From: an uncultured Solirubrobacterales bacterium
GTDB taxonomy: Bacteria; Actinomycetota; Thermoleophilia; Solirubrobacterales; Solirubrobacteraceae
Direction of reading: 5' to 3'
Length of the DNA: 64,000 bases
NCBI GenBank assembly: GCA_963704555.1
Contig: OY969921.1
Coordinates: forward strand, 2,805,600-2,869,599
In this document: positions 24,834 to 34,272 of the stretch, one piece after another
Layout: each line of letters starts with the position of its first letter
How positions within the stretch are numbered: the first letter of the stretch is position 1
Made by a program: the position numbers and the translations under genes
The notes under the pieces: generated by a model
Told to the model about the DNA's origin: nothing
Databases searched by the model: none
Seen by the model: the letters and a program-made list of their open reading frames with translations, nothing else

Positions 24834-26684
24834 TCAAGGACGACCTACGCCCGGCAGCACCTGCGTGCCTTCGATCTGGACCGCTTCGAGCGCGTCCGGA
24901 TCTAGCCCGAGCAGGTCCAGGATCGTGGGGGCGATCTGAGTCGTCTCGACCCATGAGCGGTACGTCCCCGGCTGCACCGCACCCGGCGCGTAGACGAGGA
25001 TCGGCACGTCACGATCTGCTGGATTTGCGCCGCCGTGCTCGGCGATCTTGCTGCCACCGGTGTAGACCACGCCGACCTGCGCCACACCCCACACATCGGG
25101 GTGGCGTGGATCGCTGAGCGGCACACCGAAGTACTTCGCCGCGTCCTTGCCGGCGTAGATTTCGGCCAACCCCGAGTGCGCCAATGTGCGTGTGCTGCCG
25201 TCGTAGGCGACACCTGCTGCCGTGTGGTTCCACAGATATTCCTTCACGAAGTTGGCAGCTTCTTGGGATGTGTTTGACAAGTAGCTCTGCCAGGCGTCGT
25301 CGTCGGTACCCGCGACGATCAGCGCACCCGAACCGGGATGTAGCGCTTCCCAGGCGGCATTGATCGCTTCGATGATCGGGCCGTCCTTGATTTTGACCAG
25401 GGAATCCGGGTCTTGCGGGGACTGGCCGTGCTTGGCCGAGACAATGATTGCCGTCGAGTCGGCAAGGCCCTGCGCCTGGATCTCTTCGTCCATCGTTTGC
25501 AGCTTCGCGTTGATGTAGTCGAGCGCCCGCTGCAGCAACGGGCCCGGCGTGTTGGTGCCCGGTGGGTATCCACCGGTGAGGCCGTCCGATGTGTGCAGCT
25601 TCTCCGCGGTCGAGACGGTCTGGAAATTCATACCGAAGATTCCCGGCACTCCAACCTTGGTTTTACGGCTGTGATCGTAGCCGTCGATCTCGTTCAGCAC
25701 CGCTTGGACCTTGTAGGAGTCGTACTGCATCGTCGCGGCGTTGTCTTCGGTCCAGCTGATTTCACCGGGGTACGGGTTCCCGCTCGGTTCGAGCGCGATG
25801 CTGTCGATCTCGGGCGTGAACAGGTCGTCGATGCTGTTGCCCGACGGGCCCTCGAGGGCTTCGTAGGCCGGGTGCTTGTCCGACCATGCGGTCCGCAGGC
25901 CGTGATCATGGATCACTTCGAAGATCGTGTTGACCTCGAGGTATTCGTGGGGGTAGATCGGCTTGCAGGTCTGCGGGTTGACTGGCAGCGCGGCCGGGTT
26001 GAGCAGAGACTGCGGCTGAGCGGTCATTTCGAGAATACTCCCGGGCAGGCCGGTGAGACCCTCGCCGGCGTCCAGCGCGTTCGCATTGATGTCATCCGGC
26101 GAGTCGTAGATGACTTCGCCGCCGGTCGGCTGGCCGTGGCAGGAGGTCGTCCCCGCGGGCAGCACCGCGTGGCTGTACTCGTCGTCGTAATAGATGCCGG
26201 TCGTGCGCGGGTTGCCACCCGTGACTTGGGCAGTCATGCCTGGGAACGAGTCGGAGGGGATCGGCGTCTGTGCCTGTGAGTACTCCGCGCCGCCGCCAAC
26301 GAGCTTGGCCATCTCTGAGCTTGGGTGATTGCTGACGTACCATTCGAGGTCTGACTGGTGCAGGCCGTCGACCGAGATCAGCAGCACGTGGGAAATTGGG
26401 TTCTTGTGGTGTCCTCCGCGATTCCCCGATCCCCCTTTGCGGTCTCCCGCTCTTCCTTTGCGATTTCCCGGGCCACTGTCGTGGTGTCCTGATCGTCCTT
26501 TGTGATCTCCCGACGGACCTTTGCCTCCCCTTCGTCCGTGGTCTCCCCACTGCCCTTTTTGATCTTGCGATGGTCCTCTTTGATCCCGCGACGGATGCGC
26601 CAAGACAACTGTCGCCGGAGTACCGACCGCGATCGCCCCGACAGCAAGCGTGACGCCTGCGCCGCGATGGATTCGTCCAAGCAT
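24834..26684 (-). CDS. secreted alkaline-phosphatase-superfamily phosphodiesterase / nucleotide pyrophosphatase-like enzyme
   Basis: 616-aa ORF. Signal peptide (VTLAVGAIAVGTPATVVLA), then a Gly/His/Arg/Lys-rich linker, then a core beginning HVLLISVDGLHQSDLEWY, typical of the type I phosphodiesterase / AP superfamily. Confidence 0.7.
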   Translation of the reverse strand: MLGRIHRGAGVTLAVGAIAVGTPATVVLAHPSRDQRGPSQDQKGQWGDHGRRGGKGPSGDHKGRSGHHDSGPGNRKGRAGDRKGGSGNRGGHHKNPISHVLLISVDGLHQSDLEWYVSNHPSSEMAKLVGGGAEYSQAQTPIPSDSFPGMTAQVTGGNPRTTGIYYDDEYSHAVLPAGTTSCHGQPTGGEVIYDSPDDINANALDAGEGLTGLPGSILEMTAQPQSLLNPAALPVNPQTCKPIYPHEYLEVNTIFEVIHDHGLRTAWSDKHPAYEALEGPSGNSIDDLFTPEIDSIALEPSGNPYPGEISWTEDNAATMQYDSYKVQAVLNEIDGYDHSRKTKVGVPGIFGMNFQTVSTAEKLHTSDGLTGGYPPGTNTPGPLLQRALDYINAKLQTMDEEIQAQGLADSTAIIVSAKHGQSPQDPDSLVKIKDGPIIEAINAAWEALHPGSGALIVAGTDDDAWQSYLSNTSQEAANFVKEYLWNHTAAGVAYDGSTRTLAHSGLAEIYAGKDAAKYFGVPLSDPRHPDVWGVAQVGVVYTGGSKIAEHGGANPADRDVPILVYAPGAVQPGTYRSWVETTQIAPTILDLLGLDPDALEAVQIEGTQVLPGVGRP

Positions 26685-26844
26685 GAAACCCCTCCTCAGT
26701 TGAGAGTGAGCAAGTTCCTGTAGTCCTATCCGCGCGTCTTCCCAGCGAAGTTGCCGATCTGTGGAGATAGTGTGGCCATCTCGTAAACGCTGCCCTCAAA
26801 GACGCATAAGTTCCCCCTGCGTCGATACATGCACCCAAGGGCGC

Positions 26845-26858
26845 GGGCACATGTGCCC
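26845..26858. repeat. single perfect palindrome GGGCACATGTGCCC (CATG-centred)
   Basis: Read directly. Lies 3' of the minus-strand gene ending at 26890. Confidence 0.8.
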
Positions 26859-26889
26859 AAGCATGGTGAGACCTATCGTCGAAGCAAAC

Positions 26890-27903
26890 TCATTCCAGGA
26901 AGCGCACCACGTCTACGGCGTCGGCGTCGAGAGCGGCTGTCTGCTCGCGAGTCAAGCGACCGAAAGGCTCCAAGAGAACCTTTCCGGCGGGCATGCTCCA
27001 CGTCGCGACGGCGCGACCGCCAATCAGCGCGAAGGGACGGAAAAGGCCGTTGACCGTGATCACTTGCTGGTGTGAGCCGAGAATCGCCTCGCGCGAGCGC
27101 CAGCCGAGCAGTAGAGGGTCGAAGGCACCCAGCAGGCGCGGCCCGGGCAAAGCGGCCGGCGATGTTCCTGCGGAAAGATCGAGCAGACCGTCGTCGCGTG
27201 TTCTCAGGCGCGAGCCGATACGGCTCAGGCCCGCGCGGACGTCGCGTAGCGGGAGTCCGGACCACTTCGCCATGTCGCGCTCATCGGCTGGGGCGTGACC
27301 TAGTAGATAGCGACGGGCGAGTTCTGCCAAGGCAAGATCGCGATCGACCTGCTTGGTCTCGCCAAGCCAGTCGCGCACCAGCACGAACGCTTGTTGGCCG
27401 GCAATCATCGGTCCACGCACGATCAGGCCACGAATGGCGGCGAGCGCCAGCAGGTGAACCATCGCCTGGCCCTCCGTGGGGACGTCCGCGGCCGTGATCC
27501 GCTCGCGCAGCTGTCCGCGTGTGAGCGGGCCCCCGTCGGCCAACGAACGCTCGATCGTTCGCACGCCACGCTCGGCTAACCGATCTGACACACCCTCCTG
27601 AGCCAGCCTTCGCGCATTGGCCGTGAGCATGCGCGGTGCGGTCAGAGTCTGCAGCCACGGGTAGTCCTCGCTGCGGACCAGGTGCAGGGTGCCGCGGTTC
27701 AGCCAGGTGACGATGAGCGTGCGCTGCTCGCTCATGGCACGATCGACGTCAGCGGCCGTCGTGCCCACGGTTCGCGAACGGATCGCGAGGCGCAGCCCAC
27801 GCGGGTCTTGTCCCTGAACTGCGAGCAGCCGCTCGGCAACGGCGACCGCGTCGCTGGCCGGCTCTCCGGCTAGGAGCTGCGCTGTAAAACGTTCGGCGAG
27901 CAT
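26890..27903 (-). CDS. winged-helix DNA-binding protein (YcaQ/AlkZ-like family)
   Basis: ORF 26890-28080. Preferred start is ATG 27903 (MLAERFTAQLL). Family-typical N-terminus AVAVAERLLAVQGQDPRGLRLAIRSRT. Confidence 0.65.
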   Translation of the reverse strand: MLAERFTAQLLAGEPASDAVAVAERLLAVQGQDPRGLRLAIRSRTVGTTAADVDRAMSEQRTLIVTWLNRGTLHLVRSEDYPWLQTLTAPRMLTANARRLAQEGVSDRLAERGVRTIERSLADGGPLTRGQLRERITAADVPTEGQAMVHLLALAAIRGLIVRGPMIAGQQAFVLVRDWLGETKQVDRDLALAELARRYLLGHAPADERDMAKWSGLPLRDVRAGLSRIGSRLRTRDDGLLDLSAGTSPAALPGPRLLGAFDPLLLGWRSREAILGSHQQVITVNGLFRPFALIGGRAVATWSMPAGKVLLEPFGRLTREQTAALDADAVDVVRFLE

Positions 27904-28592
27904 CGACGCCAGTATGGCGCTGCCGAGTCGTCCTTTGGCCTCCAGCCGAACGGATTGGTCGTATCGTGAATTCCGTCGGCGTTGTTGGACACCGCATAGA
28001 AAACGGTGGAGCGTCCCGATACCGGCTCTACCGACAGACAGGCCTCGACAGCACTCAGGAGATCTCCATGACTCAGCCAAGTTGCGGTCTGTCCTGCTCC
28101 CGTCTTTACAGAGTTATCTCGCGTTACACCGCCAAACCGCACACCGACGAACTCAAAGCCGAACTGCTTTGAGAGGGCCTTGCCCACCTCCTCCTCGACG
28201 AGCTTGTAGACGCCGTAAGGCGTCGCGGGATGGTAACTGCCCGGTACGGCAAACGGCTCTACCGCAGCGGGGTCGCGGTGGTTATCGGCATGAACCGAGC
28301 TCGCCATGATGAGGCGTTTCACCTTGGCTTTCACCACCGCAGTAAAGACGTTGACGTCTATCCGCACATTCTCCGGATAGATGCGCATACGCCGGTCGTC
28401 GGGGTCTGCCGGTGAAAATCTGCGGGCAAGGTGAATGACCGTGTCAACTCCATGCATTTGCGCCCACAGGACCTCGTAATGGGATATGTCCTCAGGCAGA
28501 TCCACGCTCCTGATCCGGTACTTCCCATCTAGCCCACGCAGGAGCACCGAGCCGATGATCCCTTTGGAGCCGGTGATCAGGATCGTGCGCAT
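27870..28592 (-). CDS. NAD-dependent epimerase/dehydratase-family protein
   Basis: 240-aa ORF. Rossmann N-terminus MRTILITGSKGIIGSVLLRGL, and YxxxK within PYGVYKLVEE. Confidence 0.75.
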   Translation of the reverse strand: MRTILITGSKGIIGSVLLRGLDGKYRIRSVDLPEDISHYEVLWAQMHGVDTVIHLARRFSPADPDDRRMRIYPENVRIDVNVFTAVVKAKVKRLIMASSVHADNHRDPAAVEPFAVPGSYHPATPYGVYKLVEEEVGKALSKQFGFEFVGVRFGGVTRDNSVKTGAGQTATWLSHGDLLSAVEACLSVEPVSGRSTVFYAVSNNADGIHDTTNPFGWRPKDDSAAPYWRRCSPNVLQRSS

Positions 28593-28601
28593 CCAGCCGG
28601 A

Positions 28602-29435
28602 CTATCCCGGAGCTTGCCTTTCGCTGCGCTCCTGCTCTCGTGCACGCCGGTACTCGTTGACGACTATCTCCGTGAGCTCCTCAACCGAGGTCTCGTTCGT
28701 TGGCTTGTCCAGTGTGATCACCCCGTCTTGGATCATGCTCACGCGGTCGCACGCCTGCAGCACGTGGACGTAGTTGTGGAGGATCATGACGATCGACACT
28801 CGGCCCTCTGCCTTCAGCCGCGCCACGAGGTCGAGGATCATCGAGCCCTCCTTGGCGCCCATCGCCGCAAGCGGCTCGTCGAGCAACAGGATGTCGGCAT
28901 CGGAGTTGACCGTGCGTGCGACCGCGATCGCTTGTCTTTGCCCGCCGGACAGGCGCGCGACCGCGACGTCGATCCGCGGGATATTGATCCCGATCTCGTC
29001 GAGCGCCACGCGGGTCTCCTGCTTCATCCGCCGGTTGGCGAGCAATGGGATCGGGTGATGCACATGCTCGCGGCACAGAAACATGTTGTGGTAGACAGAC
29101 AGTTCGTCGATTAGCGCGAGGTCTTGAAAGACGGTGTCAATCCCTTGGCTGCGGGCGTCGTCGACACCGCGGGGCCGGTAGGGCTCTCCGTGCAGGAACA
29201 TCTCGCCCGAATCCTGCTTTTGGAAGCCGCTGATGGTCTTGATCAAGGTGGACTTGCCCGAGCCGTTGTCGCCCAGCAGACCAAGCACCTCGCCCTTGCG
29301 CAAGTGCAGATTGACGTCGCGCAGCGCGGTCACGGGGCCAAAGCGCTTGGAGATGTGCTCGACTCTGAGCACATCGTCGGGCGCCGAGGTTGGCGGGACG
29401 ACAGTCTCGATCGGTTGCGCGTCAGCCATTGCCAT
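28602..29435 (-). CDS. sugar ABC transporter ATP-binding protein
   Basis: Walker A GDNGSGKST, signature LSGGQRQAIAVAR, Walker B ILLLDEP. Confidence 0.9.
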   Translation of the reverse strand: MAMADAQPIETVVPPTSAPDDVLRVEHISKRFGPVTALRDVNLHLRKGEVLGLLGDNGSGKSTLIKTISGFQKQDSGEMFLHGEPYRPRGVDDARSQGIDTVFQDLALIDELSVYHNMFLCREHVHHPIPLLANRRMKQETRVALDEIGINIPRIDVAVARLSGGQRQAIAVARTVNSDADILLLDEPLAAMGAKEGSMILDLVARLKAEGRVSIVMILHNYVHVLQACDRVSMIQDGVITLDKPTNETSVEELTEIVVNEYRRAREQERSERQAPG

Positions 29436-30549
29436 GCCCTCTGCGAGCGCGTTGTACGTAGACGTTGACGGTCATCGCCACGATGATCGCCAGACCGAGG
29501 TAGAACAGCTTGTAGTTGGCGTTCACCCCTTGCAGGACCAGACCGTCTTGGAGGATCCCGAGGAACAACGCGCCGATCAGCGCACCGATCACGGTGCCGG
29601 ACCCGCCGGCCAACAGTGTCCCGCCGATCACCGCCGAGGCGATCGCGAAGAAGAGGATTTCGTTTGCACCGGACGGGTCGGGCTGGACCGACCCCGCACG
29701 GACGGCCTCGAGGATCCCGACGAGCCCGGCGGTAAGACTGCAGAGCACGAAGTTGCGGATCGTTATGAGCCTCACCGAGACGCCCGCCTCGGCCGCACCG
29801 AGCTTGTTGGAGCCGATCGCCACGGTGTGCAGCCCCCAGCGCGTGAACGTGAGCGTGGTTTGCAGCAGGAATACGATCACGATCGCCCAGATGAACTCCG
29901 AATATGTGCCGGCGCCAAAGATTTTGGCGAACGTGCCGACGTGATTGACCGTTTCGGTGAGGAAGATGTGGTGGCCGTTTACCACGTGTTCCACCTTCAC
30001 CGTCGTTTGGTGAACTTGCGCTCCGGGCGTATTGACCGGCGCGCCGTGGGAGATGATCAGACTGAGCCCCTCGAAGGTGAACAGCATTCCGAGCGTCGCC
30101 ACAAATGAGCTGATTCCGACGACTGCGGTGAAAACGCCGTTGACAGCGCCTACCGCCATACAGCACAGCAGCGCGATCACGACGCTTGGCACAAGCGAGA
30201 TCCCGGCGGTGGACAGCTTGTAGAACAGGATCGGGGAGAACAGGTACATCGCGCCGATCGACAGGTCGATCTCCCCGAGGATCATCACGAACACCTCGCC
30301 CGCCGCGAGAATCGTAAGCGGCGCGAAGTACGGCAGCAGCGTCTTGAAGTTGGCGCCGGTCAGGAAGTTGCTGGTCTCAAGCGAGAAGTAAACCGCCGTG
30401 ACGATTGCCACGACGATGATGCTGCCCTCGCGTAGGGACAGCACGCGCGCGAGCGGACTGTGCGTGTCTAGGGAGCGCCCCCGCGGTTCCGGACCCTCCC
30501 CGCTCGCCTGGCTCTCAGAGGCAGGCGATCCCCCTCTCACGCTGGACAC
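29422..30549 (-). CDS. sugar ABC transporter permease
   Basis: 375-aa polytopic ORF. GTG start is preceded by GGAGGAG 7 nt upstream. Overlaps the ATPase gene by 14 nt. Confidence 0.85.
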   Translation of the reverse strand: MSSVRGGSPASESQASGEGPEPRGRSLDTHSPLARVLSLREGSIIVVAIVTAVYFSLETSNFLTGANFKTLLPYFAPLTILAAGEVFVMILGEIDLSIGAMYLFSPILFYKLSTAGISLVPSVVIALLCCMAVGAVNGVFTAVVGISSFVATLGMLFTFEGLSLIISHGAPVNTPGAQVHQTTVKVEHVVNGHHIFLTETVNHVGTFAKIFGAGTYSEFIWAIVIVFLLQTTLTFTRWGLHTVAIGSNKLGAAEAGVSVRLITIRNFVLCSLTAGLVGILEAVRAGSVQPDPSGANEILFFAIASAVIGGTLLAGGSGTVIGALIGALFLGILQDGLVLQGVNANYKLFYLGLAIIVAMTVNVYVQRARRGHGNG

Positions 30550-30647
30550 CTACGAGCTCCTCCACTTGGCGCGCATGTCTGTCACGAGCTCCTCCACTTG
30601 GCACGCATAGCTCTCACGAGCTCCTCCACTGGGCGCGCATGTCTGTT
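30550..30647. repeat. 32-nt tandem repeat x3; each unit holds a Shine-Dalgarno GGAGGAG and an 8-codon mini-ORF
   Basis: Plus-strand units ACGAGCTCCTCCACTTGGCGCGCATGTCTGTC at 30552, 30584 and 30616. Minus-strand mini-ORFs are 30576-30550, 30608-30582 and 30640-30614, encoding MRA(K/Q)WRSS. Confidence 0.9.
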
Positions 30648-30654
30648 GTGATAG

Positions 30655-31797
30655 CTAGGCGGGTGTGCCGGCCTTGATCGGGACCACCTTGGCTTCGGTT
30701 GACGTTCCCTCGAAGCGGCTCTTGGATTCGACGTAAGGCGCGACCGTTTCCTTGTTGAGGAACTTCAACCCCGTGTCTGTTTCGGCAGGGCCCGTGAGCG
30801 AGCCCGACACTTGCCACATGAACAGCTGCAGGGCCGGAAGGAAGCCCTGCAGGTAGGGCTGCTGGTCGATCGTGAATTCAATGTTGCCTTCCTGCAGCAG
30901 CTTCTGCGTGCCTTCGGTCAAATCGAAGCCGCCGGCCTTGATCCCCTTGGCTGGCAATCCGTACTTCTGCATGACTCGTGCAAGGCTTTCGGTGCTGCCT
31001 CCGTCCACGGCGTACATGCCCTTCGTGCTCTGGTGACCGATCCAATAGGCATCGATCGTGGAGAGCTCGCCCGGGACCGCCGCCCCGGTGGCAACCGTGT
31101 GCACCGTGATCGGCTTACCCGAGGCCTTGATCGCCTTCTCGGCTCCTTCGATGCGCGGTTGCAGATTGGCCGAGCCTGGTGTTGCGATGAACAGCGCGAC
31201 ATCGCCCGAGCCGACCGCTTCGACGATCCGTTCACCCATCTTTTCGCCGGCCAGTTTGAGGTCCTGCCCGATGTAGGAGAGACGCGCGTTGCCGGGCGCA
31301 TCAGCGTTGTATGCGACGACGGGGATGCCCGCCTTCAACGCCGATTCGACCGGAGCGTTGAACGCGTGCAAGTCGATCAATGAGACCGCGATTCCATCGG
31401 CTTTGCTTGTAATCGCGGTGTTGACCGCGTTGACCATCTGGTTGACGTTGCTGCTTTCCGAGCCCGTCCACGTATACGAGCATCCCAACAATTTGCATGC
31501 ATCGGCCAGCCCATATTGGGTCGGCACGAAGAAAGGGTTGGTCGTGACGTGGTTGACGGCCACGAATTTGTAGTTCGGATGTGAGCCGAACACGGCCGCG
31601 CTGCCACTGCTGCTGCCACTGGCGCTCGAGCCACTGCTTTTGCCGCAAGCGGCCAGTATGCTGCTCGCCGAGCCGGCCGCTATTCCGGTGAGCGCCGTGC
31701 GGCGTAGAAACGCACGACGATCCAAGCCTCGCTGACCAATCTCCTCCGGACGCTCGAGCAACCCCGTGAGCTCATCGACCTGATCTGTCTTTGACAT
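30655..31797 (-). CDS. sugar ABC transporter substrate-binding protein (Tat-type signal)
   Basis: ORF to 31848. Preferred start is ATG 31797 (MSKTDQ), with GGAGGAG 7 nt upstream. Twin-arginine signal RRAFLRRTALTGIAAGSASSILAACG. Confidence 0.85.
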   Translation of the reverse strand: MSKTDQVDELTGLLERPEEIGQRGLDRRAFLRRTALTGIAAGSASSILAACGKSSGSSASGSSSGSAAVFGSHPNYKFVAVNHVTTNPFFVPTQYGLADACKLLGCSYTWTGSESSNVNQMVNAVNTAITSKADGIAVSLIDLHAFNAPVESALKAGIPVVAYNADAPGNARLSYIGQDLKLAGEKMGERIVEAVGSGDVALFIATPGSANLQPRIEGAEKAIKASGKPITVHTVATGAAVPGELSTIDAYWIGHQSTKGMYAVDGGSTESLARVMQKYGLPAKGIKAGGFDLTEGTQKLLQEGNIEFTIDQQPYLQGFLPALQLFMWQVSGSLTGPAETDTGLKFLNKETVAPYVESKSRFEGTSTEAKVVPIKAGTPA

Positions 31798-32169
31798 CTG
31801 TATCTCCTCCTGTATGGAGGCCGCGTCAGGCGACGCAGCGCCCATCAATACATTTACCCCCTGAATCCATTCGTATGCAAGGACTTCAGGTTGAGAGGGC
31901 TATCGTCAGGGCATGGCTTCGGCATCCGCCAGCCCGCAACCCCCTTCTGGCCGCTCGGATACGACCGGCTGGGGAGAGCCGGAATCGGATGCCATGCACC
32001 GCGAAGCTCTCGTGACGTCGGGGTCGGAGACCATTCGACGAGAAGGGCACGAACCGCATGAGCTTGCGGAGGAGCGATACACGGACTATGGGCCGCTGAG
32101 CGTCGAGCGGCATCTCAAGCAGGACGGCCGGGGACTCATCCTCTACACCCGCCGACAGCGCCGAGACGG

Positions 32170-33168
32170 ATGAGCGAGCAGCGCTTCAACGAGTTGCGCG
32201 GAGAGGAGGTCGTATACGCGATCCAGCGACAGGGGCGCACCTTCCTCCCCCCAGAGGATCACTGCCCCCTGTGCCCCACCCCGGGCCGCCCCGACGTCCC
32301 GGCCCATCCCCACGCCCCGGAGCACGCTCATGCCTCGGCCAACCTCCACACCCCGGCCGATACCCAGTCCGAGGATTTCGTGGAGACGGAGATTCCTCTG
32401 CCGGCCTTCGAGATCGCCGTGTTCGACAACCTGTATCCCACCTTTCGAGCACCACAAGGGGCGGCGGAGGTGATCGTGTACACCGACAGCCACCATGGGT
32501 CGCTAGGCACGCTGGCGCCCGAGCGAGCTGAGGCGCTGATGTGGGTTTGGCGTCACCGCTACCAAGAGCTTGGCGCCCGAGACGACGTTCGCTACGTACT
32601 CATATTCGAGAACCGAGGGGTTGAGGTAGGGGCGACCCTGGAGCATCCACACGGTCAGATCTACGGCTATCCGTTCCTGCCGCCGGTGCCGCGGCTCGAG
32701 CTGGCAGCGGACGCGCGCCTGCAAGGCTGTGCGGCTTGTGAGCTACTGCGCCGCGAGCTTGTGGATGGGCGTCGCGTCGTGCACGAGAACGAGAGTGTCG
32801 CCGCGTACGTTCCCTATGCGGCACGCTGGCCGTACGAGACACATGTCGTCATCAGACGCCATCGACCCAGCCTGCTCGATTGCGAGGCCGGCGAGCTGCG
32901 CCAGCTCGCCGAGTGCCTACAGACCCTCACCCGCGGTTACGACGCCCTCTTTTCCAAGCCCTTTCCATACGTGATGGTCGTCCACCAGGCACCTACCGAT
33001 GGACACTCCGACGGGCACCTGCATGTCGAGTTCTACCCACCGCTGCGCACGGCGACCAAGCTCAAGTATCCAGCGGGCTCCGAGCAGGGCGGGGGCACAT
33101 TCGTCGGCGACACGTTCCCCGAGGATTCGGCCGAGGCGTTGCGCGAGGCGATCGCCAGTGTCGCGTGA
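32170..33168 (+). CDS. galT: galactose-1-phosphate uridylyltransferase
   Basis: Zinc motif HCPLCP, active-site HPHGQIYGYPF (HxHxQ). Followed by galK with an 11-nt overlap. Confidence 0.9.
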   Translation: MSEQRFNELRGEEVVYAIQRQGRTFLPPEDHCPLCPTPGRPDVPAHPHAPEHAHASANLHTPADTQSEDFVETEIPLPAFEIAVFDNLYPTFRAPQGAAEVIVYTDSHHGSLGTLAPERAEALMWVWRHRYQELGARDDVRYVLIFENRGVEVGATLEHPHGQIYGYPFLPPVPRLELAADARLQGCAACELLRRELVDGRRVVHENESVAAYVPYAARWPYETHVVIRRHRPSLLDCEAGELRQLAECLQTLTRGYDALFSKPFPYVMVVHQAPTDGHSDGHLHVEFYPPLRTATKLKYPAGSEQGGGTFVGDTFPEDSAEALREAIASVA

Positions 33169-34222
33169 GCGCCTCAGCGCTTTCGCTCCCGGTCGCGTCA
33201 ACCTGATCGGTGAGCACACCGACTACAACCAAGGGCTCGCGCTGCCGTTCGCGATCGCCGAGGGAGTCACTGTGCACGCCACAGCAAGCGGCGATGAGCG
33301 CATCTTCGCCCGCGCGCTCGACTGGGGCGAGCAGGATGAATTCGCGCTGGCCGAGCCCACATGCGCGACCGGCTGGCGCGCGTACGTGCGTGGTGTCGTC
33401 GCCGAGCTGCGCCGAGCTGGACACCCACTGGTGGGGGCCGAGCTTGAGATCGGCGGCAATCTCCCCCAAGGCGCCGGCCTGTCCTCCTCAGCCGCGCTGG
33501 AGGTCAGCCTATGCCTGGCCCTGCTTGCCCTGGCCGACGAGACCGAAACCGACCGCATCGACCTCGCCCGGCTGTGTTCGCGCGTGGAGAGTGGATGGGC
33601 GGGGGCACACACCGGGATACTCGATCAGCTTGCCTCCTTGTATGGCACACCAGGGATGGCGATGCTCATCGACTTCCAGACATTCGAGGTCGAGCCTGTA
33701 CCCCTGCGGCTGGAGCATGGCTGGCGACTGGTGACGCTCGATTCCGGCGAGCGCCACGCGCATGCCGACTCCGCCTACAACGAGCGTAGAGCCGAATGCT
33801 CTGAGGCATGCAGGCTCTTGGGCGTCGATTCACTGAGGCTCGCTAGCTGGGGTGGCCTCGAAGAACTACCCGAGCGGCTGCGACGACGCGCGCGCCACGT
33901 GCTCAGCGAGAACATGCGGGTGAAGGACACGGTGGCAGCGTTGCGGGCAAACGACCTGCCTGCCGTGGGACGCTTGCTGAACGCTTCCCACGCAAGCTTG
34001 CGCGACCAATACGAGGTATCCACACCAGCTATCGAGGCGACCGTGGAACGACTCCTCCACGCCGGCGCCCGCGGCGCGAGGATCGTTGGGGGCGGTTTCG
34101 GAGGGCATGTCCTCGGCCTTCTGGCACCTAGTGCTTACGCACCGGAGGGCGCCCGCGAGGTGCATGCGGATGTAGGCGCCCACCTATTGAAGCCGACCGC
34201 GGCCGCCGGCACGGCACCGTAG
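33158..34222 (+). CDS. galK: galactokinase
   Basis: Preferred start is GTG 33158. Galactokinase signature GRVNLIGEHTDYN and GHMP motif GAGLSSSAALEV. Confidence 0.9.
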   Translation: MSRERLSAFAPGRVNLIGEHTDYNQGLALPFAIAEGVTVHATASGDERIFARALDWGEQDEFALAEPTCATGWRAYVRGVVAELRRAGHPLVGAELEIGGNLPQGAGLSSSAALEVSLCLALLALADETETDRIDLARLCSRVESGWAGAHTGILDQLASLYGTPGMAMLIDFQTFEVEPVPLRLEHGWRLVTLDSGERHAHADSAYNERRAECSEACRLLGVDSLRLASWGGLEELPERLRRRARHVLSENMRVKDTVAALRANDLPAVGRLLNASHASLRDQYEVSTPAIEATVERLLHAGARGARIVGGGFGGHVLGLLAPSAYAPEGAREVHADVGAHLLKPTAAAGTAP

Positions 34223-34272
34223 AGCCGTATGCGAGTCCCGGCCGCGAGGACCCTACCGATCAGGCCTACCGA

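Noticed and set aside
25413-26279. 288-aa plus-strand ORF
   Set aside because: It is antisense to the phosphodiesterase gene.
31913-32173. 86-aa ORF upstream of galT
   Set aside because: It lies in the divergent promoter region between the ABC operon and galT and has no motif or ribosome-binding site I could support. It may be real, but it is unsupported.
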